A stretch of DNA of 62,941 nucleotides, counting the filler, from Globobulimina sp. (Eukaryota), in the NCBI GenBank assembly GCA_003354225.1. It is 21 parts of 21 records of this genome, joined end to end, with 100 filler letters (N's around TTAATTAATTAA, not from the genome) between each part and the next. Parts side by side here need not be neighbours in the genome. Positions count along the whole stretch, not along the records: positions 42,036 to 44,936 come from PIVH01004432.1; positions 45,037 to 47,937 come from PIVH01004433.1; positions 48,038 to 50,938 come from PIVH01004434.1; positions 51,039 to 53,939 come from PIVH01004435.1; positions 54,040 to 56,940 come from PIVH01004436.1; 16 more parts are not named here. One strand, given 5' to 3'. The notes under the pieces were generated by a model. It searched no databases. It was not told the origin of the DNA and worked only from the letters and a program-made list of their open reading frames with translations. The position numbers and the translations under genes are program-made. This document shows, piece by piece, positions 44,714 to 56,166 of this stretch (position 1 is its first letter; every line of letters starts with the position of its first letter).

Positions 44714-44936
44714 ATGTCAGGGACATCAAACGCTATCTTAAATGAAATCCTATACAACAGAACTATCCGTTTCATCACATATGGTGGATTATACTTCTTT
44801 TTATTCCTATTTGTAGGCACAGTCTCATTCATCAAAACCTATCAACACGAAAAAGCCAAATATATAAAAAAACACCACGCCTTTCAAAAAGGTCGAGGCG
44901 AAGTAAAGTCACAGGCGGCTCCCATACACCTCACCG
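44714..44936 (+). CDS. Membrane protein N-terminus, partial
   Basis: One TM helix; open to the contig end. Confidence 0.5.
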
Positions 44937-45437
44937 NNNNNNNNNNNNNNNNNNNNNNNNNNNNNNNNNNNNNNNNNNNNTTAATTAATTAANNNNNNNN
45001 NNNNNNNNNNNNNNNNNNNNNNNNNNNNNNNNNNNNTGCTGACTATATGCTGACGGCACAAAGTTTGCTTTAATTTTTTTATTTTGTTATGTACCTAAAC
45101 CTAAGCTCCGCATACTTCTTTTCAGCACACGTATAAGAACTTCACTTATAACGAAAAACTCTGCTGACGGTGCAGGAGTTGGCTATGTCAGTAATGGCAT
45201 ATATCTCACAACACGCGGCTAACAAAAATGTTAACGTATGAAGCTGTTGATAATGCGTTATGTGCCGTCGATGTACAACGTATCAATTGTAGGGTCAAAA
45301 TCGTGCTCTGAGCCTCTGACAGGATTTCAACAACCGGTGACGCTAAATGACAATTTCTATTGAGGTACAATTTCTATTTTTTAATTTAATTTTTTCATTA
45401 ACAGATACAAATAATTGAAATTTATGGCAAATCCGAT

Positions 45438-46328
45438 GTGTTGAATATTATTTATGGCAAATCGTCAACTATTGGTGTTGAATATTGTATCCATTGTATG
45501 AGTGCCATGTTAATGTGTCGTATCACACATAGCAAGAATAACATATCATTTTGGAATAATGTATTGTGTCAGAAAATGTTACAAGGATTATTTGTATTGA
45601 GTAGTGATGAAATGGGGAACATTCGAAAATTATCATTGAAACAAATCAAAAAGATATTCAAATTATACACAAACAATAATGTACCCAAAATTATTAAACA
45701 TTTAATGCGTTGTTTTATAGAGAGACAAATCCAGGGAATATTAACTGAAAATATTGATAATAATAGCGATAAAGTAATCGATTTAAATGTGATTGGATTT
45801 ATATCTGAGTTATTAATGGAAACATTGGAATATTTAACATTAAAAGAATCGAGTTATATAATAACATTATTGTTTAATATAATCTCACATTGTATGCAAA
45901 CATATGGTAATAATACAATACAAATTAAACATCTCAATTTACAGCAAATGTTTTTAAAATTAATCTATAAATTTATTAAATCATTACCAAATCAATTTAA
46001 GATTGCGAATACAGAAAGCAAATGTAATGAACAGACACAAAATAATGATATGAACATTGATGAGTTAGCAAACCAATTAAAAGATAAGATTGATTTAAAA
46101 CAGTTGGTACATAAAATGAAAATAGATAATATCAACGAAGATATCAATGATAATCATGAGAAAAGAGCCATAAAATATGTTAAATTTATGACTCAGTTAT
46201 TTGATGTCATACAACAATTAAAACCACAAAAAGTTAAAACAAAATATTTATTTATTTTTTGCAATGTAATCAATTGTTGTAAAAACACTCATATTTGGAC
46301 AAATCAATCTCGTAATGATTCTCAATGA
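45438..46328 (+). CDS. HEAT/ARM helical protein, RRP12-like N-terminal region (fragment)
   Basis: W...QKMLQGLFVLSSDEMGNIRK resembles the RRP12 D-x-R-P-K-V-R-K region. Confidence 0.4.
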   Translation: MLNIIYGKSSTIGVEYCIHCMSAMLMCRITHSKNNISFWNNVLCQKMLQGLFVLSSDEMGNIRKLSLKQIKKIFKLYTNNNVPKIIKHLMRCFIERQIQGILTENIDNNSDKVIDLNVIGFISELLMETLEYLTLKESSYIITLLFNIISHCMQTYGNNTIQIKHLNLQQMFLKLIYKFIKSLPNQFKIANTESKCNEQTQNNDMNIDELANQLKDKIDLKQLVHKMKIDNINEDINDNHEKRAIKYVKFMTQLFDVIQQLKPQKVKTKYLFIFCNVINCCKNTHIWTNQSRNDSQ

Positions 46329-46811
46329 CCAAGTTATCCTAAATTTCAAAGGCGAAAAACACCGAAAACACCGAAAACTGAGTTTAATCAAGATGTGTTG
46401 CTGGATAATTTATCATGGTTGAATTGCAAAATGCAGCATGTGCTCCATCAGATAATGCACCAGCAAATAATTGCCAAGGCCCAGCAATATGTTCATTTAG
46501 TTGTAGTGATCACTATGTGATTGAAGAATGGTATCAACGCAGATTTTATTAAAATAATATTTTAAACAAATGAGTAATAACAAAAAGAAACAACCGTTTT
46601 TCATTGATGCACCACAGAAATATTGCAAAACATAATAAACCACATTACATCCTTTGCACAGCACATAGCTACACTTTCCAAACATATATATTGCGTATTA
46701 TGTTAGGCACTGGTGTGTAAACCCTGCAGCTGCTTGTAGAAAATCTTAATTTGGAACAAATTTTGTATTAATAGGATTGGAAACATATTTAGAATATTCA
46801 AATTCAATTTC

Positions 46812-47783
46812 ATGTTGAAAATGAATAGAGCACAACAAAATAAACTAACCATTCCAAAAGTAGTATACTGTACATATAAAAACAAAAAAGGAATACCTGG
46901 GAAAGTATGGAGTAATTTAAATAAATTTGCAAAAGGTTACAAAGTGATATTTTATTCAGATGAAGATTGTATTCAATTTTTATTGAAACATTTTGGAAGT
47001 GTTTATTCTGAAAAATTTAAATCTCTGGGATATGGTTGTCATAAAGCAGATTTATTCAGATATTGTCTGTTGTATATCTATGGAGGTATATATATTGATA
47101 TTGATATGAAACCAATGGAATATTTCGAAAATATATTTGATCATACACAAGAATCAATGCTTTATACATGTTTGTCTTTATCTTGTAATCATACAAGTAA
47201 TCATGCAACTGAATTTGAATCGGAATTGGTCATCAACATCAGCAAAAAGTTCAAACAAGCAATAGATTTTCAACCTCCTGCGATCTTTCAGGCGATATTG
47301 GCAACATATCCAAAGAATACATTTTTTCTAGAGCTGATGAGTGATTTTTTCACCACAAAATATCTCGGACTGAGATCACTAAATATATTCACAATGAAAT
47401 TTTATAATCGTTTATCCATTAAATTCAATAACAATAAATTATATCGAGAACCAGGTCTGCATGTTTCTGAAAAAAATGAGAAATTGTATTTATTTTTGGA
47501 AAGAAATCTTCCTATGAATAATGCAGACAAAAAAGATAGATATGGTTGCCATGGATTTGTTTGTAACACAGAAAATGCGTGTGTCTTATTCAGATCAAGA
47601 TATCATGATTACCCATGGCAAAACAATAATCATGATCAAAATATCTGTGACAAAATTTATAGAACACTTAACATTGAGAGATTGGATAAATATCGCCAGA
47701 AAGCACAAGAGCGCATTTTTTGGTTGTTCGTGTCAATTTTAAAGTTGGTAATCTGGGTTTTTACAATAATCATGCCAAGGTAA
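46812..47783 (+). CDS. GT32 (OCH1/SUR1-like) DXD glycosyltransferase
   Basis: IPKVVYCTY, YSDEDC, KADLFRYCLLYIYGGIYIDID. Confidence 0.9.
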   Translation: MLKMNRAQQNKLTIPKVVYCTYKNKKGIPGKVWSNLNKFAKGYKVIFYSDEDCIQFLLKHFGSVYSEKFKSLGYGCHKADLFRYCLLYIYGGIYIDIDMKPMEYFENIFDHTQESMLYTCLSLSCNHTSNHATEFESELVINISKKFKQAIDFQPPAIFQAILATYPKNTFFLELMSDFFTTKYLGLRSLNIFTMKFYNRLSIKFNNNKLYREPGLHVSEKNEKLYLFLERNLPMNNADKKDRYGCHGFVCNTENACVLFRSRYHDYPWQNNNHDQNICDKIYRTLNIERLDKYRQKAQERIFWLFVSILKLVIWVFTIIMPR

Positions 47784-48037
47784 GAAAAAAGTTGATATAA
47801 ATTTCTCATCATGCAATACTCTCTTAAGACTACCAGTTTTTGTAGAATTTGTATTCAACCAAATACCTACAATATGGTATGCATTTTGCAATACGAACCA
47901 AATACCTACAATATGAAAAATATTTCTTCGTTTTTTTNNNNNNNNNNNNNNNNNNNNNNNNNNNNNNNNNNNNNNNNNNNNTTAATTAATTAANNNNNNN
48001 NNNNNNNNNNNNNNNNNNNNNNNNNNNNNNNNNNNNN

Positions 48038-48170
48038 GGGCAGCTCCACTATGTGATCTTGTTGGGTATACCTTTGAAAATACTCCAACATTGACCTTTT
48101 TTGATGCCTCAATTGCAGCTCTCATGCCTGCTAATCCTGCTCCTACTATTACTACGTCATGAATGATCAT
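48038..48170 (-). CDS. sdhA: Prokaryote-type succinate dehydrogenase/fumarate reductase flavoprotein N-terminus, partial
   Basis: [15 protein letters not shown]...[13 protein letters not shown] (covalent-FAD His motif). SD-like GAGGT lies 5 nt before the ATG and there is no transit peptide. Confidence 0.85.
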
Positions 48171-48343
48171 AAATTACCTCAAACACAATATTGTATGTTG
48201 TATATCATATATTTTCATTAACAGTTGTCTTGTATATATCAATCTAAAACTTATATTTGATTCAATGACAAATCGATATGACGATATCAAACAACTTGAC
48301 ACTGTTAAACAATATATACAAATGACATGTATATAATTAGTAA

Positions 48344-48970
48344 TTACAGATATTTATCCTTTCTCTGCCCAGTTAACCGTAGATACCATCCTCCGATGAT
48401 ACTATAATCCTGTTTCAATGCGAGTTGCTGCATTCTTATAAACAAACCGAGCAATCCACATAAAAATATTACACCAAACAATGAAAACATTTGAGTTTGC
48501 GTATTAAATGCCATCAAAGCATACGCTAACACAGATATTAACAAACATGGAACAGACAGAAATGATGATGCAACCGCAACCCTTCTCACTCCGCTCATAT
48601 CTCGAGCAAATTTAGCAGCTTTCAATGGATGTTTTGATAATAATCGGTTTGTAACATATAATTCTATACTCATAGTTGCGACAGTCATCATATTCAAACA
48701 AAATGAAAAAAAAACACTCATCATAAACCACCAAAATAATATCGGATGCGATTTACCAAATAATTCCTCAAATTCATGGCTACTCATAAAGCGATCAAAT
48801 GAGAATCCGCCCAACACAGCAGATACTTCAATAATTGTAGTTGAACTATTTATTCTATATTCCACTTCCTTCTCTGCTTTCTCTGCATCCAATTCAGACA
48901 ACGGCAACGTGGCTGTTCGTTCAAAGAGTGGCCTCTTTTGCTGTTCTTTCACATTTGTTTTCGACGACAT
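48344..48970 (-). CDS. Four-TM membrane protein
   Basis: 208 aa with four hydrophobic helices and an SAVLGGFS motif. Confidence 0.7.
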   Translation of the reverse strand: MSSKTNVKEQQKRPLFERTATLPLSELDAEKAEKEVEYRINSSTTIIEVSAVLGGFSFDRFMSSHEFEELFGKSHPILFWWFMMSVFFSFCLNMMTVATMSIELYVTNRLLSKHPLKAAKFARDMSGVRRVAVASSFLSVPCLLISVLAYALMAFNTQTQMFSLFGVIFLCGLLGLFIRMQQLALKQDYSIIGGWYLRLTGQRKDKYL

Positions 48971-49040
48971 TGTTTAACAATCACCAAAAGAGACACAAAA
49001 AAACACCGAAGTTTTTGTATTAAAGTTTACAAAAGCTATT

Positions 49041-50429
49041 TCAAGGACGATTGATTAGTCGTAAATGCCATGGTAATGATTCCCACCATGCAACGCCCAA
49101 AACCTCATATAATAAAACATACACACTATGCGGCGTTCCAATTTTTAATTGTTTCATTTGTTTCAATACAAATTCAGCCTTCCTTGCACCCACATCTTGC
49201 GTTAATTTGTTATTTTCAATCGCTTTCCGTAATGCTTTGAATGTAAATTCAAAGGTTTGCATATTTGGTAATGGCGCATCCGGAATACTCATATAATTCC
49301 AATATTTTTTGAACACCAACAACCTCAATATCTTAATACATTCATCAATATCCCCAAACTTGGTTAAAATCTGTAAATATTTATTATAAAAATCAATGGC
49401 CGGTGAATTTACAGTGTAACTTGTAATAATCCGAAATATCCGCGCAATTTCTGAAGAATCATTGGATTCATTTCCTATCATTTCCATTAATAATAACTGT
49501 GTAAATGTATTTGGAATGATGTATCTTTGTTGAATTCCATTATAAAATATTTCAACTGCTTTTATTAAATCTGATTTATTACTTTTCTCACATAAAAACG
49601 CTAAGTAATTGCTATAAATCTCGCTATATTTTTCATTTTGTTTGGCAATGTATTGCTGCGTATATGCGGTCTCTGAGATGACATTTGTTGGTCGTTCTGG
49701 ATCAATCTCATTGATAAATACTTGAAATTCAGTGAATATATTATGCACTTTCTCATATTTATCATTTGATTCACCGCTGCTTTGATTATGATCATTGATA
49801 TATCCATTAAGCATTAAATAATAAGTCTCACAATTTATTAAATTGAATGATTTACACTCATTAAAAAATTGCAACATTGAGTCTGAATCAATAGTTCCAT
49901 TGTTTATATTATTAGTATTGGCAAAGGAACATCGTGCAATACATGAATGATAACCTAATCTTAATACATTGTTTTCAAATTTTTCTAAATTGGTTAGATT
50001 ATAATTGGGGGTCGACGATAATTTATGCTTCAAATTTGTCAAAACTTGTCTCAATTCTTGGGAGGTATTTGCTTTGTTGAATGAGGCTACAAAGTATTGC
50101 TGGAAGAATCGGTCCGAAATTAATGGAATATTCTGTTTATAGTGGTGCTGTTTGCCGGTACCGTCAGTAATATCATATGAGTTTATCATTGATAATAGTT
50201 CCGAATTTAATTGTGAGTTTTTAGCAATGTCAATGTCTGTTATAAGTGATTCCGGTATCACTTTACCAATCTTATTTCTTTGACGCATCCATTTAGTTAA
50301 TGGCATCATTCTGGCTTTTGATTTAATTTGATATCGTGCACGGTAATTACGTGTCGATATCGTGTGGGAATTGAATTGGAATCGTGCGTGACATGAAGCG
50401 CTTAATCGTGTTAGTTTTGCGGATGCCAT
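49041..50429 (-). CDS. Mitochondrial pentatricopeptide-repeat (PPR)-like protein
   Basis: Arg-rich presequence and degenerate PPR units (ETYYLMLNGY, PAIDFYNKYLQILTKFGDIDECIKIL, PNMQTFEFTFKAL). Confidence 0.7.
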   Translation of the reverse strand: MASAKLTRLSASCHARFQFNSHTISTRNYRARYQIKSKARMMPLTKWMRQRNKIGKVIPESLITDIDIAKNSQLNSELLSMINSYDITDGTGKQHHYKQNIPLISDRFFQQYFVASFNKANTSQELRQVLTNLKHKLSSTPNYNLTNLEKFENNVLRLGYHSCIARCSFANTNNINNGTIDSDSMLQFFNECKSFNLINCETYYLMLNGYINDHNQSSGESNDKYEKVHNIFTEFQVFINEIDPERPTNVISETAYTQQYIAKQNEKYSEIYSNYLAFLCEKSNKSDLIKAVEIFYNGIQQRYIIPNTFTQLLLMEMIGNESNDSSEIARIFRIITSYTVNSPAIDFYNKYLQILTKFGDIDECIKILRLLVFKKYWNYMSIPDAPLPNMQTFEFTFKALRKAIENNKLTQDVGARKAEFVLKQMKQLKIGTPHSVYVLLYEVLGVAWWESLPWHLRLINRP

Positions 50430-50526
50430 GGTCAAAAATAAGTCGTAGCTAGTTAATCGGACTAAATCAGTTAATTTAAGATAAAAAATAAAACAAAGTT
50501 ATTTAACAAACAAAAGTTATTAGATT

Positions 50527-50838
50527 TTAAAATTCAACGTCCCAAAAATAGTGCCTAAATAGATCTTGCAAAACAAAAAGGACATATAATGCCATCATAG
50601 AATAACCCATACAATGAGTGAGTGTCCACTTATTGACTAATATAATAACAAATAAACTCGATAGCATTATTATTAACACTATAATCGACAATAACAATCC
50701 ATGCGCATGGACGTCGATTTTTAAATCACCCGCTTCTTCATTAAACATAATGGAATAAGCTAACCATGGTAGCGGTAATCCGACCAATACATCAAATATA
50801 TTGGAACCAATAGACGCAGAAACAGCCATATCCGCCCG
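50527..50838 (-). CDS. Na/Ca-K exchanger (SLC24/NCKX) C-terminal alpha-2 repeat, partial
   Basis: [24 protein letters not shown]. Confidence 0.9.
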   Translation of the reverse strand, partial: RADMAVSASIGSNIFDVLVGLPLPWLAYSIMFNEEAGDLKIDVHAHGLLLSIIVLIIMLSSLFVIILVNKWTLTHCMGYSMMALYVLFVLQDLFRHYFWDVEF

Positions 50839-52052
50839 AGGTTGTTGTGCCTGAGAATGGCTCCCATCCCCAAGGCAGAAGCAATGAACAGATACACCCC
50901 CTGGCTGTGTTAAGAAACGGTATAGTAAGAAACTGGGANNNNNNNNNNNNNNNNNNNNNNNNNNNNNNNNNNNNNNNNNNNNTTAATTAATTAANNNNNN
51001 NNNNNNNNNNNNNNNNNNNNNNNNNNNNNNNNNNNNNNCTTATGGGATATATATTTGCGATCTCTAAAACTTTGCATATGTTGATAGCAAAGTGAAAGCG
51101 GTGTCTAGATGATAACCATTATTTTTAATTTTCACTAAGTTTTAGTAAGCTGGGACATTACTGAATGGTAAAATCTAAAATCCCATAAGTTAAGCATTGG
51201 TATAAGAAAACAGTATTTATATCATTTCAAATGCATATTAATGTCATAATAATAATAAGTTAAACTCTTTGTATGTATACTGCGCTACATTATAGGTTGC
51301 GACATTTTGCGTGATGTTTTTGTATGTTATTTGAAATTATGGTATACACAAAATTACACGGATCAGGTAGTTTATTTATGGATAATGCCATTTGGACCTA
51401 GGATCTAGGAGACTTTTTTTGTGTTTATCTGCTGTCTGTGATCCATATAGTTGTGCTAAATTAGCCTAAATAAGCCCACAACTCAGGTCTAAATTGCAAT
51501 AAATTGCCCCTCCTGGCGATATATAAGAACAACCCCTAACCCCTCCTGGTCGATAAGTTGTATACATTTTATTCAAGTATTCAAGTATTCAGGGAATGTG
51601 TTTCTTGGTTCATCGGTGGTCGTATTGATACAGATGATAGTACTGGTGATTGTGATCCATGCATATCCCAGCTTTACAGCAAAATTATGCCCTAAAATTG
51701 ACGACATCATGGTTGAAATAGACAAAAAACTTCGAAGTCCTGCGTTCTAGCATTCCCAGTTGGTTGGTAAGTGTGTATATAAGTATACGTATATAACTGA
51801 TAACAAATCAATTCCAATCTTTATTTTAAAATGTTAACGACCATAACCAAAAGAAATTGTGCATTATAATTCTATGTTTTGCATTCATCAAAGAGCAGAA
51901 CTGCAGAAGTGTCTAACAACAGAAAATTAAAACTATAATAAAATTATTAAAAATATAAATATGAGAAACATTGGACGATTAACAACCAAAAAAAGGAAAG
52001 AAATCAAAGAATTCAGTAAAAAAATGTATAACAAAATTTTGTTTAATTATAA

Positions 52053-53570
52053 TCATCTCCACGAATCTATCATATATTGATCATTGCCATGCATATCCAC
52101 ACAAACCCCATCCGCGTCAATGGTATCACAATATGCAAAACACTCACTCGCTGTAATAAACTCATAACCAGCAGCCACAAACATATCAATAATATCATCC
52201 AAAATCGCATAAACATTCCTATCATGCATCAATATATTCACACTATCCCCTCCATACAAACTCAAATCAATATAACTCGAAATTTGTGCAAAGTCATTCG
52301 GCGTTCTCCAATCATTGGAATCTATATTCCATAACGAAAGAATATATCCCAGCGCCACAATATACTCCGCCTGAGCTTTGCTTAACGACCCATACGGTGG
52401 CCGGAACACAGTCGGTTCCGCGCCGCCACATCTCACAATTTCTTCCCGCGTTCTCTCTAATTCCTCAAATATCGCTGCATTGCTTAGCGCTGCATTAGCA
52501 AAGTCCGGATGTGACCAGGAATGGCTCTGAATTTCCATGCCGGCATCGTTTAGGGCTTGAAACAGTGGACAGCGCTGATCCAAACTCCATTGGTCGCCGC
52601 CCCACGCAGCAGGGGACACATAAAAGGTGGCTACGATGCCACGCGCAGTCAACTTGTCGATGATTGTTTGGGTTTCGTCACCAACGCCATTGGCGGGTCC
52701 GTCGTCAAACGATAATGACACATATTTGCCGCTGCCACAGCCGCTGATGCTCGATATACGGTAATCGCCTACGTGATTCATGGGGCGGTCACGGGTGGGC
52801 CCATTGGTGGGAGAGGCTGTTGACTGTGTGGGCTGTGCTGTGATGGGTGGTGAGGTTGGCTGTGCTGTGATGGGTGGCAGGGTCGGCATAGTTGGGGCAA
52901 GAGTAGGTGCGGTGGATGGGTCAGTTGGGGCAGCGGTTGGTGTGCCCATTGTGCAGGGCGTTGTGGACAGGTCAGCCCAACAGTTTATGTCTGCTGGATC
53001 AATGGTACAATCTGATGGGAAATTGCAACATTGTCCACATTTTGCATATGCCTCACTCCAACTTGACCCACAACGAGATGTACAGATTGGTGTTGCTGTT
53101 GTCGGTGCTGTAGGCGTTGCCGTGGTAGGATCAGATGTTGTGGGTGTACCTGTGGTGGGTGATGCTGTGGTTGGTGTTTTCGTAGTTGGTGCTTTCGTAG
53201 TAGGTGCTGTAGGCATTGCTGTGGTTGGGTGCAATGTTGTGGGTGGTGATGTGGTTGGCATTGCTGTGGTTGGTGTAGCTGTGGTTGGGTCAGACGTTGT
53301 GGGTGATGTTGTGGTTGGATTAGATGTGGTGGGTGTGGTTGTTGGTGCGTTTGATCCTTCGCATGGTGTTTCACTTAAACCAGTCCAGCAACCCGTATCA
53401 TTCGGATCATCTGTACAATGCCTTGAACGTTTACAACATTGCCCACATTTTGCATTCGCATCACTCCAACTTGATCCACAACGGTTTGGTTGCTTACGTG
53501 GACAATGGGCAGTTTTACCAAAATATATAAGAAATAATAATAATAACGCAATTGATCCGCGTAAATTCAT
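52053..53570 (-). CDS. Secreted CE4 polysaccharide (chitin) deacetylase with two Cys-rich modules and PT linkers
   Basis: Signal peptide; RCGSSWS.A.AKCGQCC occurs twice; NodB motifs SFDDGP, HSWSHP, FRPPYG, DSNDW and LMHD. Confidence 0.92.
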   Translation of the reverse strand: MNLRGSIALLLLFLIYFGKTAHCPRKQPNRCGSSWSDANAKCGQCCKRSRHCTDDPNDTGCWTGLSETPCEGSNAPTTTPTTSNPTTTSPTTSDPTTATPTTAMPTTSPPTTLHPTTAMPTAPTTKAPTTKTPTTASPTTGTPTTSDPTTATPTAPTTATPICTSRCGSSWSEAYAKCGQCCNFPSDCTIDPADINCWADLSTTPCTMGTPTAAPTDPSTAPTLAPTMPTLPPITAQPTSPPITAQPTQSTASPTNGPTRDRPMNHVGDYRISSISGCGSGKYVSLSFDDGPANGVGDETQTIIDKLTARGIVATFYVSPAAWGGDQWSLDQRCPLFQALNDAGMEIQSHSWSHPDFANAALSNAAIFEELERTREEIVRCGGAEPTVFRPPYGSLSKAQAEYIVALGYILSLWNIDSNDWRTPNDFAQISSYIDLSLYGGDSVNILMHDRNVYAILDDIIDMFVAAGYEFITASECFAYCDTIDADGVCVDMHGNDQYMIDSWR

Positions 53571-53717
53571 GGTTGAAACGTGAGTATATAGTGTTACAAA
53601 TGGTATAAACTTGAGTTAGTGTTACAAAAAACTTTAGTAAAAAACTATATTCACTGACTCTTATAATTGAAGATGAAGAGATAGCATAAATAAACCGCGC
53701 GTACCAATAATCAAAAA

Positions 53718-53939
53718 ATGAACTTTCCAGAAATATACACATTAGTATTGATATTAGCATCAATTATTGGTGGTATTATAAACATTTTCCAATTAATTTC
53801 ATTTCTAAAACGATCAAAATCACGTTTTTTACGTTCACGAAATCCCCCATTAATTATATCATTTGCAATTATATCGATAATATCAGCATTTATAACTTCA
53901 CCGTTAGATTTTTATTTGAATATTTTTGATCATCGCGTA
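53718..53939 (+). CDS. Membrane protein N-terminus (7TM-RGS-like), partial
   Basis: TM1, then LRSRNPPLI, then TM2; open to the contig edge. Confidence 0.5.
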
Positions 53940-54074
53940 NNNNNNNNNNNNNNNNNNNNNNNNNNNNNNNNNNNNNNNNNNNNTTAATTAATTAANNNNN
54001 NNNNNNNNNNNNNNNNNNNNNNNNNNNNNNNNNNNNNNNATTTTAGTCGAGCAAAAATCCAATCTTGTTGAGAA

Positions 54075-54989
54075 ATGCAAAACAGCCAAAAACATGAATA
54101 TGACGCAGATCCATCAGCACCTATCATAAACGATGAAGATTTAGATAGAAAATCTGACAGTGGAGAAAACATAACATATTCCACAATACCATATGACAAA
54201 CAACACGACCAATTAGCAACAGATAAGTTTGGTGCTGCGATGATTGCGGAAACACAATTAATTTCGATGGAAACAGATGAAACGAAAAATGTCGTTACAA
54301 AAAAACCATCTGAATTAAACAGACAAACTACTTTTCAAAGAATACATACATTTCGTCAAGATACATTTGACAGAACATCGCAAGGATTTGATCAGATATC
54401 GTCCGGATGTTCAGCTGTTGGTTCATTCGAATTATTATTAATTGTGGCTGTTTTGTTTTGTGTGTCGTGTTATGCCACAGCCATTTATGGCATTTATAGT
54501 GGAAATGAATTACGTTTAATGTGGTCACAATTTACACCTCAAGATATCAATGATGATTGCCAAGGAAAATATCATTCTGAATTCACGTATGTTACTAACA
54601 GGAAACGGAAGGATATTGGCACTAAATTTCTTTACATGGTTATTATGGGAAGTATTGAAATTGCGTCATTTGCTATTTTATGCTGTTTTTCATGTGTTAC
54701 TGAATTATGGCTACGGAATGAGGGTCAGTTCTTGGTAAAGATTAGTATATATACAGTGGTCATGGGATTTGTATGGACTATCTCATGGTTTGTGTTCTTC
54801 ATTTATTGTTTGCAATTTTACAACGATGTGATGGAGTTTTGTGATGAACAAAGTATGATATTTCAAGATACGGAGGAGATATTTTCATGGTTTTATCCGT
54901 TGGTTATTTTTGAGATTGTTAAAGGAACCGTAGTGAGCTGTGTAATGTGTTCATGTTATCTTTGGATCAGAACATGTAAAGAAGATTGA
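54075..54989 (+). CDS. Four-TM membrane protein
   Basis: 304-aa ORF with four hydrophobic segments. Confidence 0.75.
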   Translation: MQNSQKHEYDADPSAPIINDEDLDRKSDSGENITYSTIPYDKQHDQLATDKFGAAMIAETQLISMETDETKNVVTKKPSELNRQTTFQRIHTFRQDTFDRTSQGFDQISSGCSAVGSFELLLIVAVLFCVSCYATAIYGIYSGNELRLMWSQFTPQDINDDCQGKYHSEFTYVTNRKRKDIGTKFLYMVIMGSIEIASFAILCCFSCVTELWLRNEGQFLVKISIYTVVMGFVWTISWFVFFIYCLQFYNDVMEFCDEQSMIFQDTEEIFSWFYPLVIFEIVKGTVVSCVMCSCYLWIRTCKED

Positions 54990-55110
54990 TCACCTTCATT
55001 TGTATAATTTAATTATTACTGTAATTACGCCAATGATAAAGAATTCATATTGATAGTCTTGCACTACTTCAGTTACATGACTTACATCACAAAAATAGCT
55101 ACTTGGGAGC

Positions 55111-56076
55111 ATGTTTTCTGAACAAGAAAGCAAACCAAAAACGCATGTAAATCTGGTTGATTTATTTAAACCGAATGTAGGTTGTACAGATTTAATGTAC
55201 ACTTCATCAGGGGATATTTCATTGGATATACCGTTAGAAATAGGAATCCATCAACATCACCATAAAGATGTTGCGGATTTAAACAGAGATTTGCATTCAA
55301 CAATAAATCATAATGAAAACATTATCCCTCCAAATACATTGCTGCCGTCAGTCACAAGTTTATTTACTAAATCTAATCCGAACCAATTGTCACAAGGATA
55401 TAATCCAGAAATTGATGGTACAGAGATACCACATTTTGCAGTATGTTTGTAAGTGTAAATTGTTTATATTGTTTTATATTAATTTATTTCAACAAATACC
55501 ACAAAAGAAACCAGGCACAAGCAATCCTTTCGAGTTTTGCATTGTCCGCGCTTTGTTGTCAATGGCTATGGGTTATGTTGGTGGCGGTTTTTTTGCTTTA
55601 TTTATCAACGCATTTCAAAATCCGATCCCATGGGAATTACAGGATAAGCTATCTACGAAGGAACAGTTAGTATATTCGTACAAGGATTTGCTAAAAAATA
55701 TGAAAAGATTAGGCAAACAAATGGCACTTATCGGAGGTTTGTACGGTGGAATCGAATGTGTGATAGAACGAGTTAAATAAAATAAAAATAGAATTTTCCA
55801 GTAATTTCTGGCATTGAATGTGTTTTTTAACGTTTTTATAAATAGAAAAGAGCAAAACAAGACATTAATAATCATTTATACACCGGATGTTTAACCGGTG
55901 GTATATTGGGAGCGACGGGTGGACCATGGGCCTCATTGATGGGTTGTGGCGGATTTGCAGGGTTTTCATGGGTCATTGAAATGTATATGGATGCGGAACA
56001 TGAACCGGAACATCAGGATAATCAAAATGCGCGCAATTATCAATACATGTTGAATGATGATTTAAATTGGATCTAG
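55111..56076 (+). CDS. TIM22: Mitochondrial inner membrane translocase Tim22, three exons
   Basis: Phase-0 introns at 55441-55507 and 55772-55845 give GGLYGGIECVIER|KRAKQDINNHLYTGCLTGGILG..GGP..SLMGCGGFAGFS, with a stop at 56076. Confidence 0.88.
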
Positions 56077-56166
56077 ATCTAAACCTTTTGATTGCGCCAT
56101 AAATTAATTTTTTATCAAAACTAGTGTCACTTAAACTTGTTTTAAAAAAGTTTTTAAGCAATTATA

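Noticed and set aside
45037-45365. attC-like TAAC...GTTATG motifs at the contig start
   Set aside because: No convincing paired L boxes and no cassette ORF. Probably a chimeric contig end.
51039-51900. Long ORF-free region containing a CCCTAACCC motif as a telomere or ncRNA
   Set aside because: The motif occurs once, with no tandem array or recognisable structure.
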